Shown in pieces: positions 26,753 to 37,898 of a DNA stretch of 64,000 nucleotides. The stretch comes from Cetorhinus maximus (taxonomy: Eukaryota): assembly GCF_964194155.1 (NCBI RefSeq), contig NC_135894.1:13764001-13828000 (forward strand), given 5' to 3'. The stretch's first letter is position 1. Every line of letters starts with the position of its first letter. A model generated the notes under the pieces. That model worked only from the letters and a program-made list of their open reading frames with translations, was not told the DNA's origin and ran no database searches. The position numbers and the translations under genes are program-made.

Positions 26753-29489
26753 CTTGTACAAATCATTTGAATCTACAGAGCAATATATCCTTATTTCATT
26801 AAATTCTGGTAATCTTGTGATGCAAGTAAAACGTTAGCAACTCTCAATTGATCCTTTTGGAAACCAGTGTGATCAGCTCTGTTTAGTAGATTCCACAGTA
26901 TCTGCTTTAGATAAAAATGATTTAAACGTTGATCAGGTTGAAATAATTGTCTTTTTTTTGAGCTGAAATGTTGCTTTCTCAAGAATGAGCATTTCCATAT
27001 TTTCAACTGTGCCATACAGAGTTTCAGATGAGTATTTCTTGTGGATTTCAAATAGTGGGAATTAACTATGATTTTCATTCTCAAGTGTGTTTACATCTTG
27101 TATCCATTTTGACCGGTCATTAGAATACATTCATGCCAAAAATGTCTGATTATAAATTCACAAGGTTAGTATCCATGAACAATGGTCATTGAAAAATATA
27201 TAAGTAAAATATAAAAATAGAAATTGTAACTTAAACTCTTAAGAAAAATGATGTAGAGATTCTTTGCACTAGCTGAGATATGTAAACTGTGGAGGGAAAT
27301 ATTGTATTGTATGCAAGTTTAACATCTGATGAATAATCAAATACAAAAAAGTTACTTATGTGCACCACAGCTTCTTTTGTGACAGCTAAGAGTTAATGTC
27401 CCAACTGTCCATAAAGGGCTTACAGTAAGATCAACTGCAAATGGGTAAACCAAGCCCGGCTTCAGATTAAAGGGATTTTTAGAGGACTAGAGGTAGAATG
27501 TTTCATGGTTTGTCAGTACTCCAGCAATGACTTTGCTATGCAACATAGCTTTGCTATGTTGACAGCAACAGCTTCCAGTGAAGCCTTTTGTGATTTTGTT
27601 TTTTGTATGTGTATAATGTTTTTCACCTCTCTCAAAATGGGGCTTGTTTAGAATTAGTTCATTATAAATACTCACTAAACTTCCAGAATCTGAAACATTT
27701 CAAGAATTATGTACATTGGACTGACATAGACAGCAGCTTTTTGTTCAGCAGATGGTGCAGAATGCACTTACATTTTTAAGGTTCTTGATCTGAGGTACTC
27801 TATTGTTAGGCTAGAATTTAACAATGGTTAGGAAACACAGTATTGTGTTTTGCGCCACATGGATAACACACCAGGTTTTATTTGCAAACAGGAGGTTAAT
27901 TAGAAAGCTTTTAAATTGTCTGTTTCTCATGCTTGCTGCTTGTCCAAGTCTGTCTCTAACCACACTCCCAGGCTTGACTGACAGCAAACAGCATGGTGAG
28001 CAGTCAACAGACGTGCATAATTGAACAACTTAACACAAGATACAGTGTTGACAAAAGCAAATAGTTCTCCAAATATCTTCAGTACCCTTACTTTACATTA
28101 AGAAATTGAATAGCCAGTGTTGTGAGTTCTGTATTTGGTCTGTTTCCACTGCCATCAGAATGACAATTTGTGATGTGGGTAAAGTGTCATGTTTGCTAAT
28201 GGTTCGATAATGATTTTTTAAAAGCAGAACTTTTCAACATTTTCCAATCCCATTCACTAATCTAAACATGGAAAGTTAAGGCTTACTAAATGGATTAAAA
28301 ACTAGAAATTGCGAAAAGACATTTTCCTCTCTATTATCAAGTGGGTTATTAACCTTGTGGTGCTGTTTTATAGCTACTTGACAAATATAATTGATAAAGT
28401 TCAGTAAATGAGTTGTAGAGTGCACAATATATAATACAAGAATCCAGCATTGTTGTCTTCTGCTCTTTGCTGTCTCCCTCCCCATCACCTCAGCTAATTT
28501 ACCTGTTCTGCTGTCCGGAGGCATGGACGCTTTACAGACCTTTGACTATAACATTTACTTTTGCGAAGGGGAGTAGTTGTGGTGGGAGGCCAGCTGCTGC
28601 TGTGATACTAGGGGTGCATTTAATTTGGACTCGCGCAGTGAACAAGTGCCATTATAAAGTTGCCAGGCCTGCTGAACATTTCTAGCATTCTCTGTTTATA
28701 TTAATCTCTTGTTGGTTTGATTCTTGTAGTCATGGAAAAACTGTCAGCTTGACTTGCGTAAATCTTCCACCATGTTCCAATAATGTAAATTCCCTGAATG
28801 ATTAAATAACACCGAGAAACTTTGCACAGATCTGTAAAATATTCCCACAAATGTCACATCCATGTGAGCACTCTGTCATGGAGTTGGAGGGAAGGAAACT
28901 CATTTGTTTATGGAAAGTTTTTTTTTAATTACAAGAATAACCTGCTTTGAGCCTGTTAAACATCTAAATAAGGTGACACTGCTGTTAACACTGATTTAAC
29001 TAATAGGTGTTTGCATTGGATGCAGCCTGTGAACTGACTGGGTGTGTATGCCATTAACTTGTAACCATATTTAAAACTTTTGGCTGGCATGCATGAGAAT
29101 TTTAGTGGAGTCACACCTACCCTTAACCGCTGATTTGTCTGGCCTGTCTCATTATGGTCTACGTCAGTGAATTTGTCCTCAAATTGCTACTCTTAAACAG
29201 TTACTTCTTCTTAAAAACATTATTTAAACACACTTTACATGCATCACTTTCATATTATTAGTATTAGGTTGGAGGCCTACGATTCCTAATCCATTTGAAA
29301 AAGAGTCCTTCAAACAAAAAGTATTGAGAACCACTGGACAATAAAGTAAACATGGACTGTCTGGCTGGTTTTCAACTACTCCAAGACCTACTGTTTTGAT
29401 TTACCAGTAGAGTGTGTGAGAGAACTGTTTGTACATTGACAAAAGCTTCTTGATGATTAAACACATTACCCAAATCATTGTGTGAACAT

Positions 29490-30075
29490 ATAATCTTAGA
29501 AATCTTGGAGATTACAGCATTTAACCCCTACTGCCTGAGCCTGTTGCACTCTTCAGTTGTGCTAATCCATTTCTCTGCTCATCTCTGTGCCCTTACTCAC
29601 TCTTCCTTCTCAAACATTCACCCAGTTCACTTCTAAAGGATGATGCAGCTTCTGCCTCAGTGACAAACCTGCAATAAAACATTCCCATGTTCTAAACCTC
29701 CCCCCCCCCCTCAACCACCGTGTAAATGTTTCCTCTAAATTCCCTTATTTTCTTTCAGCAACTATTCTGAATCGGTGCTGTCTTGTCATCAATTGCCAGC
29801 TAGTGGGAACAGCCTTTCGCTGTTTCCTTTCTCTGTTTACCTTCTCAAAATTGTTCAGAATTTTGTAAACTTCTGTTAGATCCTCCTTAACCTTCCTTGT
29901 TCCAGTGAATGGTCAAGCCTTTCTTTAGGACTGTGGTAATTTTTCATTCTTGGTCTCAATCTTTTGCTTCCTTTCCATGTCGTTAACATAATTTTTATAA
30001 TAGGTTGCCCAGATAATTAATATCATTTCCATAATGGGAACCCAGAATGCACAAAATACTCCAACTGCACGGAAA
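29490..30075 (-). mobile_element. Old CR1 3' fragment
   Basis: cccagaatgcacaaaatactcca and ttttgtaaacttctgttagatcctccttaacctt match the reverse of a CR1 ORF2 C-terminus. Confidence 0.6.
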
Positions 30076-30474
30076 TTATAATGCACTGAGATTTTATTAC
30101 ACCTGTTCAAACAATGATTTCACCAAAGTAAAGAAGGAAATCAGATTCATGTTGTTTTTGATGGAGCAGCTAAGGATGCTTCTGAATCTTGGGAGATAAT
30201 ATTTAGCCTCTTTATGGATTAAGGGACAAAAATACATTCCAGAATTTTAAACCTAACTCAACCATGTCATCAAAATAATATATTTAAGTAGACAATTACC
30301 ATTTTTTATAGAAGTACAATTTGGATATTGAAAAAGATTAAAGCAGGGACTAACCTGACTTTAAAATGGGTACCTATGGTAAAGTGGAGACGCATCAACT
30401 TAAGCAACTTGTTGAATTATTTAGTATAATAATATCGAGTGCAGATTTTACATCCAAAAATCCATTGAGCAATG

Positions 30475-31625
30475 GAACCCTAGAAATACTCTGCAGACAG
30501 GGCTCTGGCAAACAAGTCCTCAACGGCAGAACAGGTGGAGGAAGATTCATCTTCTGGAATATCTCCATGGCGAATGAAGGCTGCAGCAACACGAAACCTC
30601 CAATTGTCTTGCTTTCCTTGCCACTGGATCAAGGTTTCATTTGGTAAAGACGTGTGAAAGTTGGCGTCCAATGGTTTCTTCATGCTAAAAGATGTCAGGC
30701 ACAGGTATCTTTCTTTCTGAGCATATCTCCCAAGCCTTGTGGTGACAAGCAAAAGGCAGTGGGAGCACTACAAGAAAAATGTTGCAAACAACATCAACCT
30801 CTCTACATAGCATTCTTTGACTTGATAAAGGCCTTCGACTTTGTAAATCATGAAGTACTCTGGAAGATCCTGCTGAAGTATGGATGTCCTCCAAAATTCA
30901 TTACCATCCTTCTTCTGTTTCATGGTGATATGCGAGTGGCGATCCTGAACAATGGATTTTACAGCCCCTTTTGAGGTTAAGACAGGAGTCAAACAAGGTT
31001 ATGTCATCGCTCCAACTCTCTTTTGATCTTCCTTGCTGCCATGCTCCGATTGACTAGAGACAAGCTCCTTACTGGAGTGCAGCTTATTTATCGAATGAAC
31101 AGGAAACTATTTAATCTCCGATAACTCCAATCAAAAACCAAGAACACCCCAACATCAGCCATTGAGCTCCAATACACTGATGAGTCTTCTGTAAGTGCTG
31201 TGTCGGAAACAGATCTCCAAAGAATCGTTGCCATGTTTACTGAGGCATAAGAGAAGATTTTATTGGGACTTACACTCAACATTCAGAAGACAAAAGTCCT
31301 CCACCGGCAAGCTCCGAATGCACATCCAGAAGGCCCATTGATTAGGATTCATGATGAGTGCCTGGAAAATGTGGAACACTTCCAGTACCTTGGAAGTTAT
31401 CTTTCACAGAAGGTTGACATTGACGAAGAAATCCGGCATCGCCTGAAATCTGCTGGTGCAGCTCATGGTCACCTGAGCAAACGAGCATCTGAGGATGCGA
31501 CATTGGAACCAAAACCAAGCTCATGGTCTACCGTGCAGTTGTGATCCCTACCTTACTCTACGCGGTTGAAAAATGGACAACGTACAAGAGGCACGTCAAG
31601 GCACTGGAGTCATACCATCAGTGCT
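30475..31625 (+). mobile_element. RTE-clade LINE, internally deleted
   Basis: LQEKCCKQHQPLYIAFFDLIKAFDFVNHEVLWKILLKYGCPPKF, VKTGVKQGYVIAPTL and GLTLNIQKTKV..LENVEHFQYLGS. 30475-30745 resembles an RTE 5' leader (less certain). Confidence 0.85.
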
Positions 31626-32122
31626 GGTTGAATTTAGGCATTTGGAAAGTACCTTGGAAAATGCAGTCAAATCTGTTTATACCAATCTGACCTAAATAAA
31701 TTCCTGTTACAAACACTATTATTGATTCACTGCTAATTCCAGTATATTCTGAATGCAGTCTATTAAATTGGAGTGTTAATTATGAATAATGTTTATCTTC
31801 TATTGCACAGAACATGATTTGACTATGCTGTTTGTGATTAAAGGAAACTTGAAGATGTGAAAGTTTCCAACATATGAAATGATCTGTTCACTGATCATTA
31901 CATTCTTTACAGATGTCTAATGCAGTGCATAAAATGTTGCTGCTCCATATGGTGCTTGTAAAAGTTTAATGGCCCCAGTAACCAACTTAAAAAGTAATAT
32001 AGTATAAAAAATTATCACAGTACAAAATAGGTGTTGCAATATGTTTAGGCAATGTGCCAGAAATGAAAGTATTTTCTTGGATTAAACTTACAGTCTCAGA
32101 GCAATTTTGTTGATGGCTTCAG

Positions 32123-32455
32123 TTTTTTTAATATTGGGATGTGGGCCGTGCCTGTTAAGCAGCATTTATTACCCATCCCTAGTTACTCCAAGGGAATTAG
32201 GAATCTCTAATGTGGGACTGGATTCACATGCAAGCCAGACTGAGTGCAGGTGGTTGGTTCTCTTCCCTGAGAAACATTAGCGAACGGTTGATTTTTTTTT
32301 TTAACAACAGCCTGGCAGCTTTCATAGCTATTGTTTTCTGATGCCAAATTACCAGATGTCTTGAATTCAATTTCACAACTTGCCTTGGTTGGCTTTGCAC
32401 TCTCTCTCAATCTGAACTAGTTGCTAGTTCAGTACTATAACCACAACACTAACAT
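32123..32455 (-). mobile_element. Older diverged copy of the tRNA-SINE
   Basis: gggatgtgggc..agcatttattacccatccctagt, ctggattcacatgcaagccagac and cattagcgaac are all shared with the other copies. Confidence 0.7.
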
Positions 32456-33254
32456 GCTCCTTACCATAACTGACATTTTTGGCAACTGATATTGAAAGTT
32501 TAAAAAAAAAAGCAAAATGTTGTTATTCTGACATATACATTAAGCAGGGACTCTTCGTGAATTCCATTACAACACATTATTTTAAGATGTGTTTACTGCT
32601 GTGCCTAGGTGGTATCAGTGGTGTACATGCTCATTATGCAAGATATAATTGGCCTCATGGACCTCGCCAGCCGTCAGAAGGTGCCACTGAGGAAAAGTAA
32701 TGTGCTTTCCTTTTGGATGCAGACCTGCCTACAGGGTGGCACATTCGGTGGAAAACCTGGAAGAAATGAGAGAAGCCAGAAGAAATTGGGCAGGAATGAA
32801 TATGCGGATTGTGGTGTTTCAGCTTGAATTAAAAAGGATTACAGAAAAGAGAAATTGGAAGGTTTTGTTATCAGGGAAACTGATTATTGACACATGACGA
32901 GAGCTATGGTGTATTGTATACCTGGGTCAAATTTAGAATGATGTTTGCTATTGCGGCTCTGGTCTAACTGCATTGTATAATGTCAGAGGTGGAGATGGGC
33001 CGACTGGGAAGTCTCTGGAGGATTTTGCGTGCATGACAGAACTGTGTACACGCTTTGTTCTTTATATAATTCATGGTCCCTGTTCAGCTAATTACATATT
33101 AGCTAGCAGCAGGATGAGGAGTGGGGTTTGGATATGATGTGTGAATTTATATGAATAAATGTTTTCCTTTTTAAAATAAAAACTCAAGGTTCTATTAATT
33201 ATAAGTTACAGAAATTTCCTGTGAACTTTTTTCATTTGAAGATCAGGTAGCATG

Positions 33255-33470
33255 TTATGATCTGAAATGCAGTGCCAGAAAGGGTTTTGGAAACAGATTC
33301 AGTGGTGAGTTTCAAAAGGGAAATAGATAGATCCTTGAAGGGGGAAACATTTGCTGGGCTACAGAGAAAAATCAGGAAAGTGGGATGAGTTAGATTGCTC
33401 CTTTAAAGAGTCAGCACTGCATGATAGGCTGAATGGCTTCCTTCGGTATTGTATAATTTTATAATTCTAT
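33255..33470 (+). mobile_element. CR1 3' end
   Basis: ttcaaaagggaaatagatagatccttgaag ... ataggctgaatggcttccttc..ttctatg tail. Confidence 0.7.
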
Positions 33471-33513
33471 GGGGACAAAATTTGACAACCCCCAAAATGG
33501 GTAGTAGGATTGC

Positions 33514-34117
33514 TTTTTTAATTCATTTGCAGGATGTGGGCTTCACTGGTTAGGCCAGCATTTATTGCCCACCCCTAATTGCCCTTGAGAAGGTGGTGGT
33601 GAGCTGCCTTTTTGAACCGCTGTAGTCCATGAGGTGTAGGTGTTAGGGAGGGAGTTCCAGGATTTTGACCCAGTGACAGTGAGGGAACAGCGATATATTT
33701 CCAAGTCAGGATGGTGAGTGGCTCGGAGGAGAACCTCCAGGTGGTGGTGTTACCATGTGTCTGCTGCCCTTGCTTTTCTAGATGGTAGTGGCCGTGGGTT
33801 TGGAAGGTGTTGTCGAAGGAGGCTTAGTGAGTTTCTGCAGTGCATCTTGTAGATGGTACACTCTGCTACTGTTCGTTGGTGGTGAAGGGAGTGAATGTTT
33901 GTGGATGTGCTGCCGATCAAGCGGGCTGCCTGGATGGTGTTGAGCTTCTTGAGTGCTGTTGGAGCTACACTCTCATCCAGGCAAGTGGAGAGTATTCCAT
34001 CACACTCCTGACTTGTGCCTTGTAGGTGGCGGACAGGCTTTGGGGAGTCAGGAGGTGAGCTACTTGCCACAGGATTCCTAGGCCTCTGACCTGCTCTAGT
34101 AGCCACAGTATTTATAT
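33514..34117 (-). mobile_element. LINE 3' end (CR1/L2-related, clade unresolved) sharing its tail with the SINE
   Basis: Minus-strand peptide HINTVATRAGQR..LKKLNTIQAARLIG..HSLHHQRTVA..IYKMHC..., then FKKAAHHHLLKGN* followed by the SINE-type tail. Confidence 0.85.
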
Positions 34118-34125
34118 GGCTAGGA

Positions 34126-34293
34126 TGAAAGCAAAACACTGCAGATGCTGGAAATCTGAAATAAAAACAAACAATACTGGAAAAACTCAGCATGTCTGGC
34201 AGCATCTGTGGAGAGAGAGAGAGTTAATGTTTCAAGCCCTTTTTAGCTCTGAAGAAGAGTCATACAGACTCAATGTTAACTCTGTTTCTCTCT
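34126..34293. mobile_element. Penelope pLTR inverted pair with degenerate hammerhead
   Basis: Minus copy 34126-34236 is followed by plus copy agctCTGAAGAagagtcatacagactc-aatgttaactctg, in which GAAA is eroded. Confidence 0.75.
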
Positions 34294-34294
34294 G

Positions 34295-35400
34295 GCTAAT
34301 TGCCACATAATTGACATGATTGCGGTGTTCAGCCAGCGCTAACTGCACCATGGCTGCACCCCTCAGCAGGGGGCCCAAAGTCATGAGAGGCCGACACCAG
34401 ATAAAGCTATAAAAACAAAAAACTGTGGATGCTGGAAATCCAAAACAGAAACAGAAATACCTGGAAAAACTCAGCAGGTCTGGCAGCATCGGCAGAGAAG
34501 AGCACAGTTGACGTTTTGAGTCCTCATGACCCTTCAACAGAACCTGTTCTGCGCCGATGCTGCCAGACCTGCTGAGTTTTTCCAGGTATTTCTGTTTCTG
34601 TTTTTGTACCAGATAAAGCTAGCCTGCACTACTTAAAGTCAGCCTGCACCTCTTAAAGGGGAGGTTCATTTAACTAGAGCAGGTGCTGGAAGTTATTCTA
34701 CAACTGATTCTGATCTGGGAAACACTCAGTAATAGTGCAGCAAGTGAGAGCACAGGCTCAAAGATTTTACAATGCTGGCAGGAGGCTGTCCACACAAACT
34801 CTCAGAAGGCTGTGCAACCAGATAGCTGTTGGTGCTCAATGCCTGGAGTCCAATCCCAAGGACCCAGATGTCGCAATGTCTCAAAGTTCAATGGTCTCAT
34901 AGGAGTGGTCAATGTCAGTGAATGCATCTTCTTCAAATGTTGTACCCCACCAATTGCACCAGTATCCACAGACGCTGCTCAATGTAGCACAGCCATATCA
35001 CTCATTTACCAACATTCACTATCAGCCACGGCTCATATCTCACACTCGTAGCTTCATCTCACCCTCACACACTTAGCATTGCGACAGGCCTCACACCCAC
35101 ATCTCACAGCTTGCACACACTGCCAGCTATTCAACCATGGCAGCTACATCACCCAGACACATTGCATCACACTCACTGACACACTTCCCTCTCTCTTACA
35201 GGACAATAACCGGAGACAGCAGGGGATAACATGCAGTGGACAGGTGAAGTTCCATGTTCTTACCAAGATGGAGGAGACAGTACTCACCATCACTGAAGTG
35301 GCCATGGCCAGTGGTAAGGGCTAATACAATAGATGATATCCTCACAAATATTCCTCCTTCTAACATCTCACTTTCCCCTCATTTCATGATCACTCATTTA
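34295..35400 (+). mobile_element. Decayed Harbinger-derived segment, possible Myb/SANT-like gene remnant
   Basis: cctgcacctcttaaagggga leader, an RAPRF-like caggctcaaagatttt and a KFNDL-like aagttcaatggtctc. Heavily degraded. Confidence 0.4.
34410..34607. mobile_element. 198-bp fold-back Penelope-derived mini-insertion with 14-bp TSD
   Basis: TSD accagataaagcta at 34396-34409 and 34608-34621; perfect 52-bp inverted arms 34442-34493 and 34553-34604; hammerhead-like core on the minus strand of the loop. Confidence 0.9.
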
Positions 35401-36222
35401 GAAGCTCCATGTATTGTAAACGTGCACCACCTACTTACTGACTGGTGCCACCGGCTTTCAGCTAAGGATGTCTGAGTTGGAAGAAAAGCTGCAAACTACG
35501 TGTTGTTTATTGTTATAGATGGGGCTGGTACATACTCCCTGACTCTGCAGATGCGATATATTTTCAAAGCAAGATATAACATTTATTATATTTTTATTCT
35601 TTTTGATAGCGACTGTCATAATTCCAGAGAGCAATTAATACTGCTCCTGTTTGTCATGGAAGCTGGCTTTCACCTTGCGATTGGCTATCGTCTGAAAACT
35701 TTCTAGATGAAATTCACAGGATACTCCTCCGCTAGGTAGCGAATGGACTTGTGAAGCTGTGGCGATCAATTTGTTTCAGTGGTCGATGTAAATTCAGAGA
35801 ATTTAAATACATGTCCAACTTGCACTGTTGACCACTGTACGGAAACACTTAATTCGAGATAGCACTACATGCTAGGAACTCAACAATGGATAGAATTGAT
35901 AAATATAGTTCTGTACTTTGGATTTCACCTCAGGTGTTATTATCAACATTGTGAAGCAAGGAGCATTGTTTTAATATCTTATAGTCAGTATCTTGTACAA
36001 CTAAAACAGTATTGCATTGCTTCTGTAAGCAATGATTAATAATGACATCGACAGCTGGTACCACAACTGAAACCTATCATAATAAGTATTCGGAGAAATA
36101 TATTAGTCCAGATACTAGTCATAAATGGTCACACGACAGAGAAGTGATAGTTTGAGAATAGAAATGGTACATTACATCTCACCTTGATAGTGCAAGGCCT
36201 GTGAATATCATAGATCATTAGT

Positions 36223-36595
36223 GGGGAGATAGTGGCATTGTGGTAATATCACTGGGCTACTAAGCCAGAGGCCCATACTCTGGGGGCACTGGTTCAAATC
36301 CCATCATAGCAGCTGATGGAATTTGAGTTAATAAATCTGGAATATAAAGCTAATCTCAGTGATGGTGACCATGAAACCATTATCAAATGTTGTAAAAACC
36401 CATCTAGTTCACTAATGTCCTTTAGGGAAAGAAATCGTCTGTCCTTATCTGCTCTGGTCTACATGTGACTCCAGCCCCACAGCAATATGGTTGACTTTTA
36501 CCTGCCCTTTGAAGTAGCTGAGCAAGCCACTTGGTTCAAGGGCAATTAGAGATGGGCAACAAATACTGCCAGTGATGGCCACATCCCAATAAAAG
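36223..36595 (+). mobile_element. tRNA-derived SINE, full length
   Basis: A box TGGCATTGTGG, B box GGTTCAAATCC, body gttcactaatgtcctttaggg, tail gggcaattagagatgggcaacaaat. Confidence 0.9.
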
Positions 36596-37898
36596 GGGAC
36601 AAAAGATAAATAAATTCTGTTGCAGAGTTAGGCATTAGGTACCAACCCAAGGAACTAAATTTTAGTACATCACTATAATTAATTTGTAAGAAAAAGTCTT
36701 TTGTTTTGCGTGATGGCCATGTATTGAAGGGAAAATTAAATCCTCTATAAAAGTGTTTACTTAAGCACAATTTCCGGAGTATTTGATCACCATTCTGAAG
36801 TGCATAATGATGTACATTGGAGAGTCTTGGCTTGTTGGAATCCACTTCTTTGCTGCATACCATTGTTACTTCAATATGGAGAGTTTGTCAGTGAAATTAA
36901 TTCTAGAGGGACTAAGTGGCATGCACAGTGGATCCATTCAGATAAATGGTATTTTTCTGTTGGTTGAGAAATGAGTTAAGACAGTCTCAAACAAAATCAT
37001 GACCATCACATGCACAGCAAAAAAAATGTTCATATTTTGACAAGCTAGCATTCTAGCTCTGATAGCTAGTGTGAATAAAAGAATTCACACTGGTGCATTG
37101 GGTGCCTTCTGGGAATGGTGTAGAATAAAGATGCTTTATTCTGCAGCAGAACATGACATTCCTGATGTGAGAGGGAATGCTCTTTGCTGATGTTAGCTTT
37201 CCATTCTCAGACAGTGCAACATCATTAACCTGGTGAATGCAAAATTTAGCAGATGTGGTTGCTAATATTATTTGAAAGAACATAACAAATTGTAACAACA
37301 GCCTCCAACCCAGTACGTTGGACAACTGAACTAGACAGACCTTATACATTTGAAATTGCTATGAAATGAGGAGACATGCAGGAAGAGGACAAAATTCCAC
37401 CACCTATTTGGAGTAAAATGCAGTGTTATGAGCTCATATCTCTATAGGACAATAACACAGGGCTCAAAAATGCTCGGCAACGGATCCTGCTTCTGAGTAA
37501 ATATTGGAAATAACCTGAATATGATTTGAGAGCCTGGTTACCTGTGAAATTTCTGCATGTTATTAGAGACTGCAGAGAGTTCTTTAAATTGTCTTTTTAA
37601 AATCACAAACATACTTTTATTTTCATGTGTGCCATTGTAAGATTGTGAAAGTATTGATACTGTAAATCTTTTTACTTAGTGTTAAAATATGTGGATCCAA
37701 GACTGTTTACAGCATTTCTGAATTAATAGTTGATTGCATTAAGTTTTACTGTACAGAAATATCCTTGAGTACAAAGCACTTGTGTTCTTGTTAAAGAATA
37801 AGTAAGTTTTGTGAGGGCTGTGCCATTTTGTCTTTATTGGAATATTTTGCACATTTCGAAATATTTCCCTTTCTGATTCAGTAATTTTCAGAGATGCG

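Noticed and set aside
36223-36315. tRNA gene
   Set aside because: The A and B boxes belong to a SINE head that continues into the SINE body and tail.
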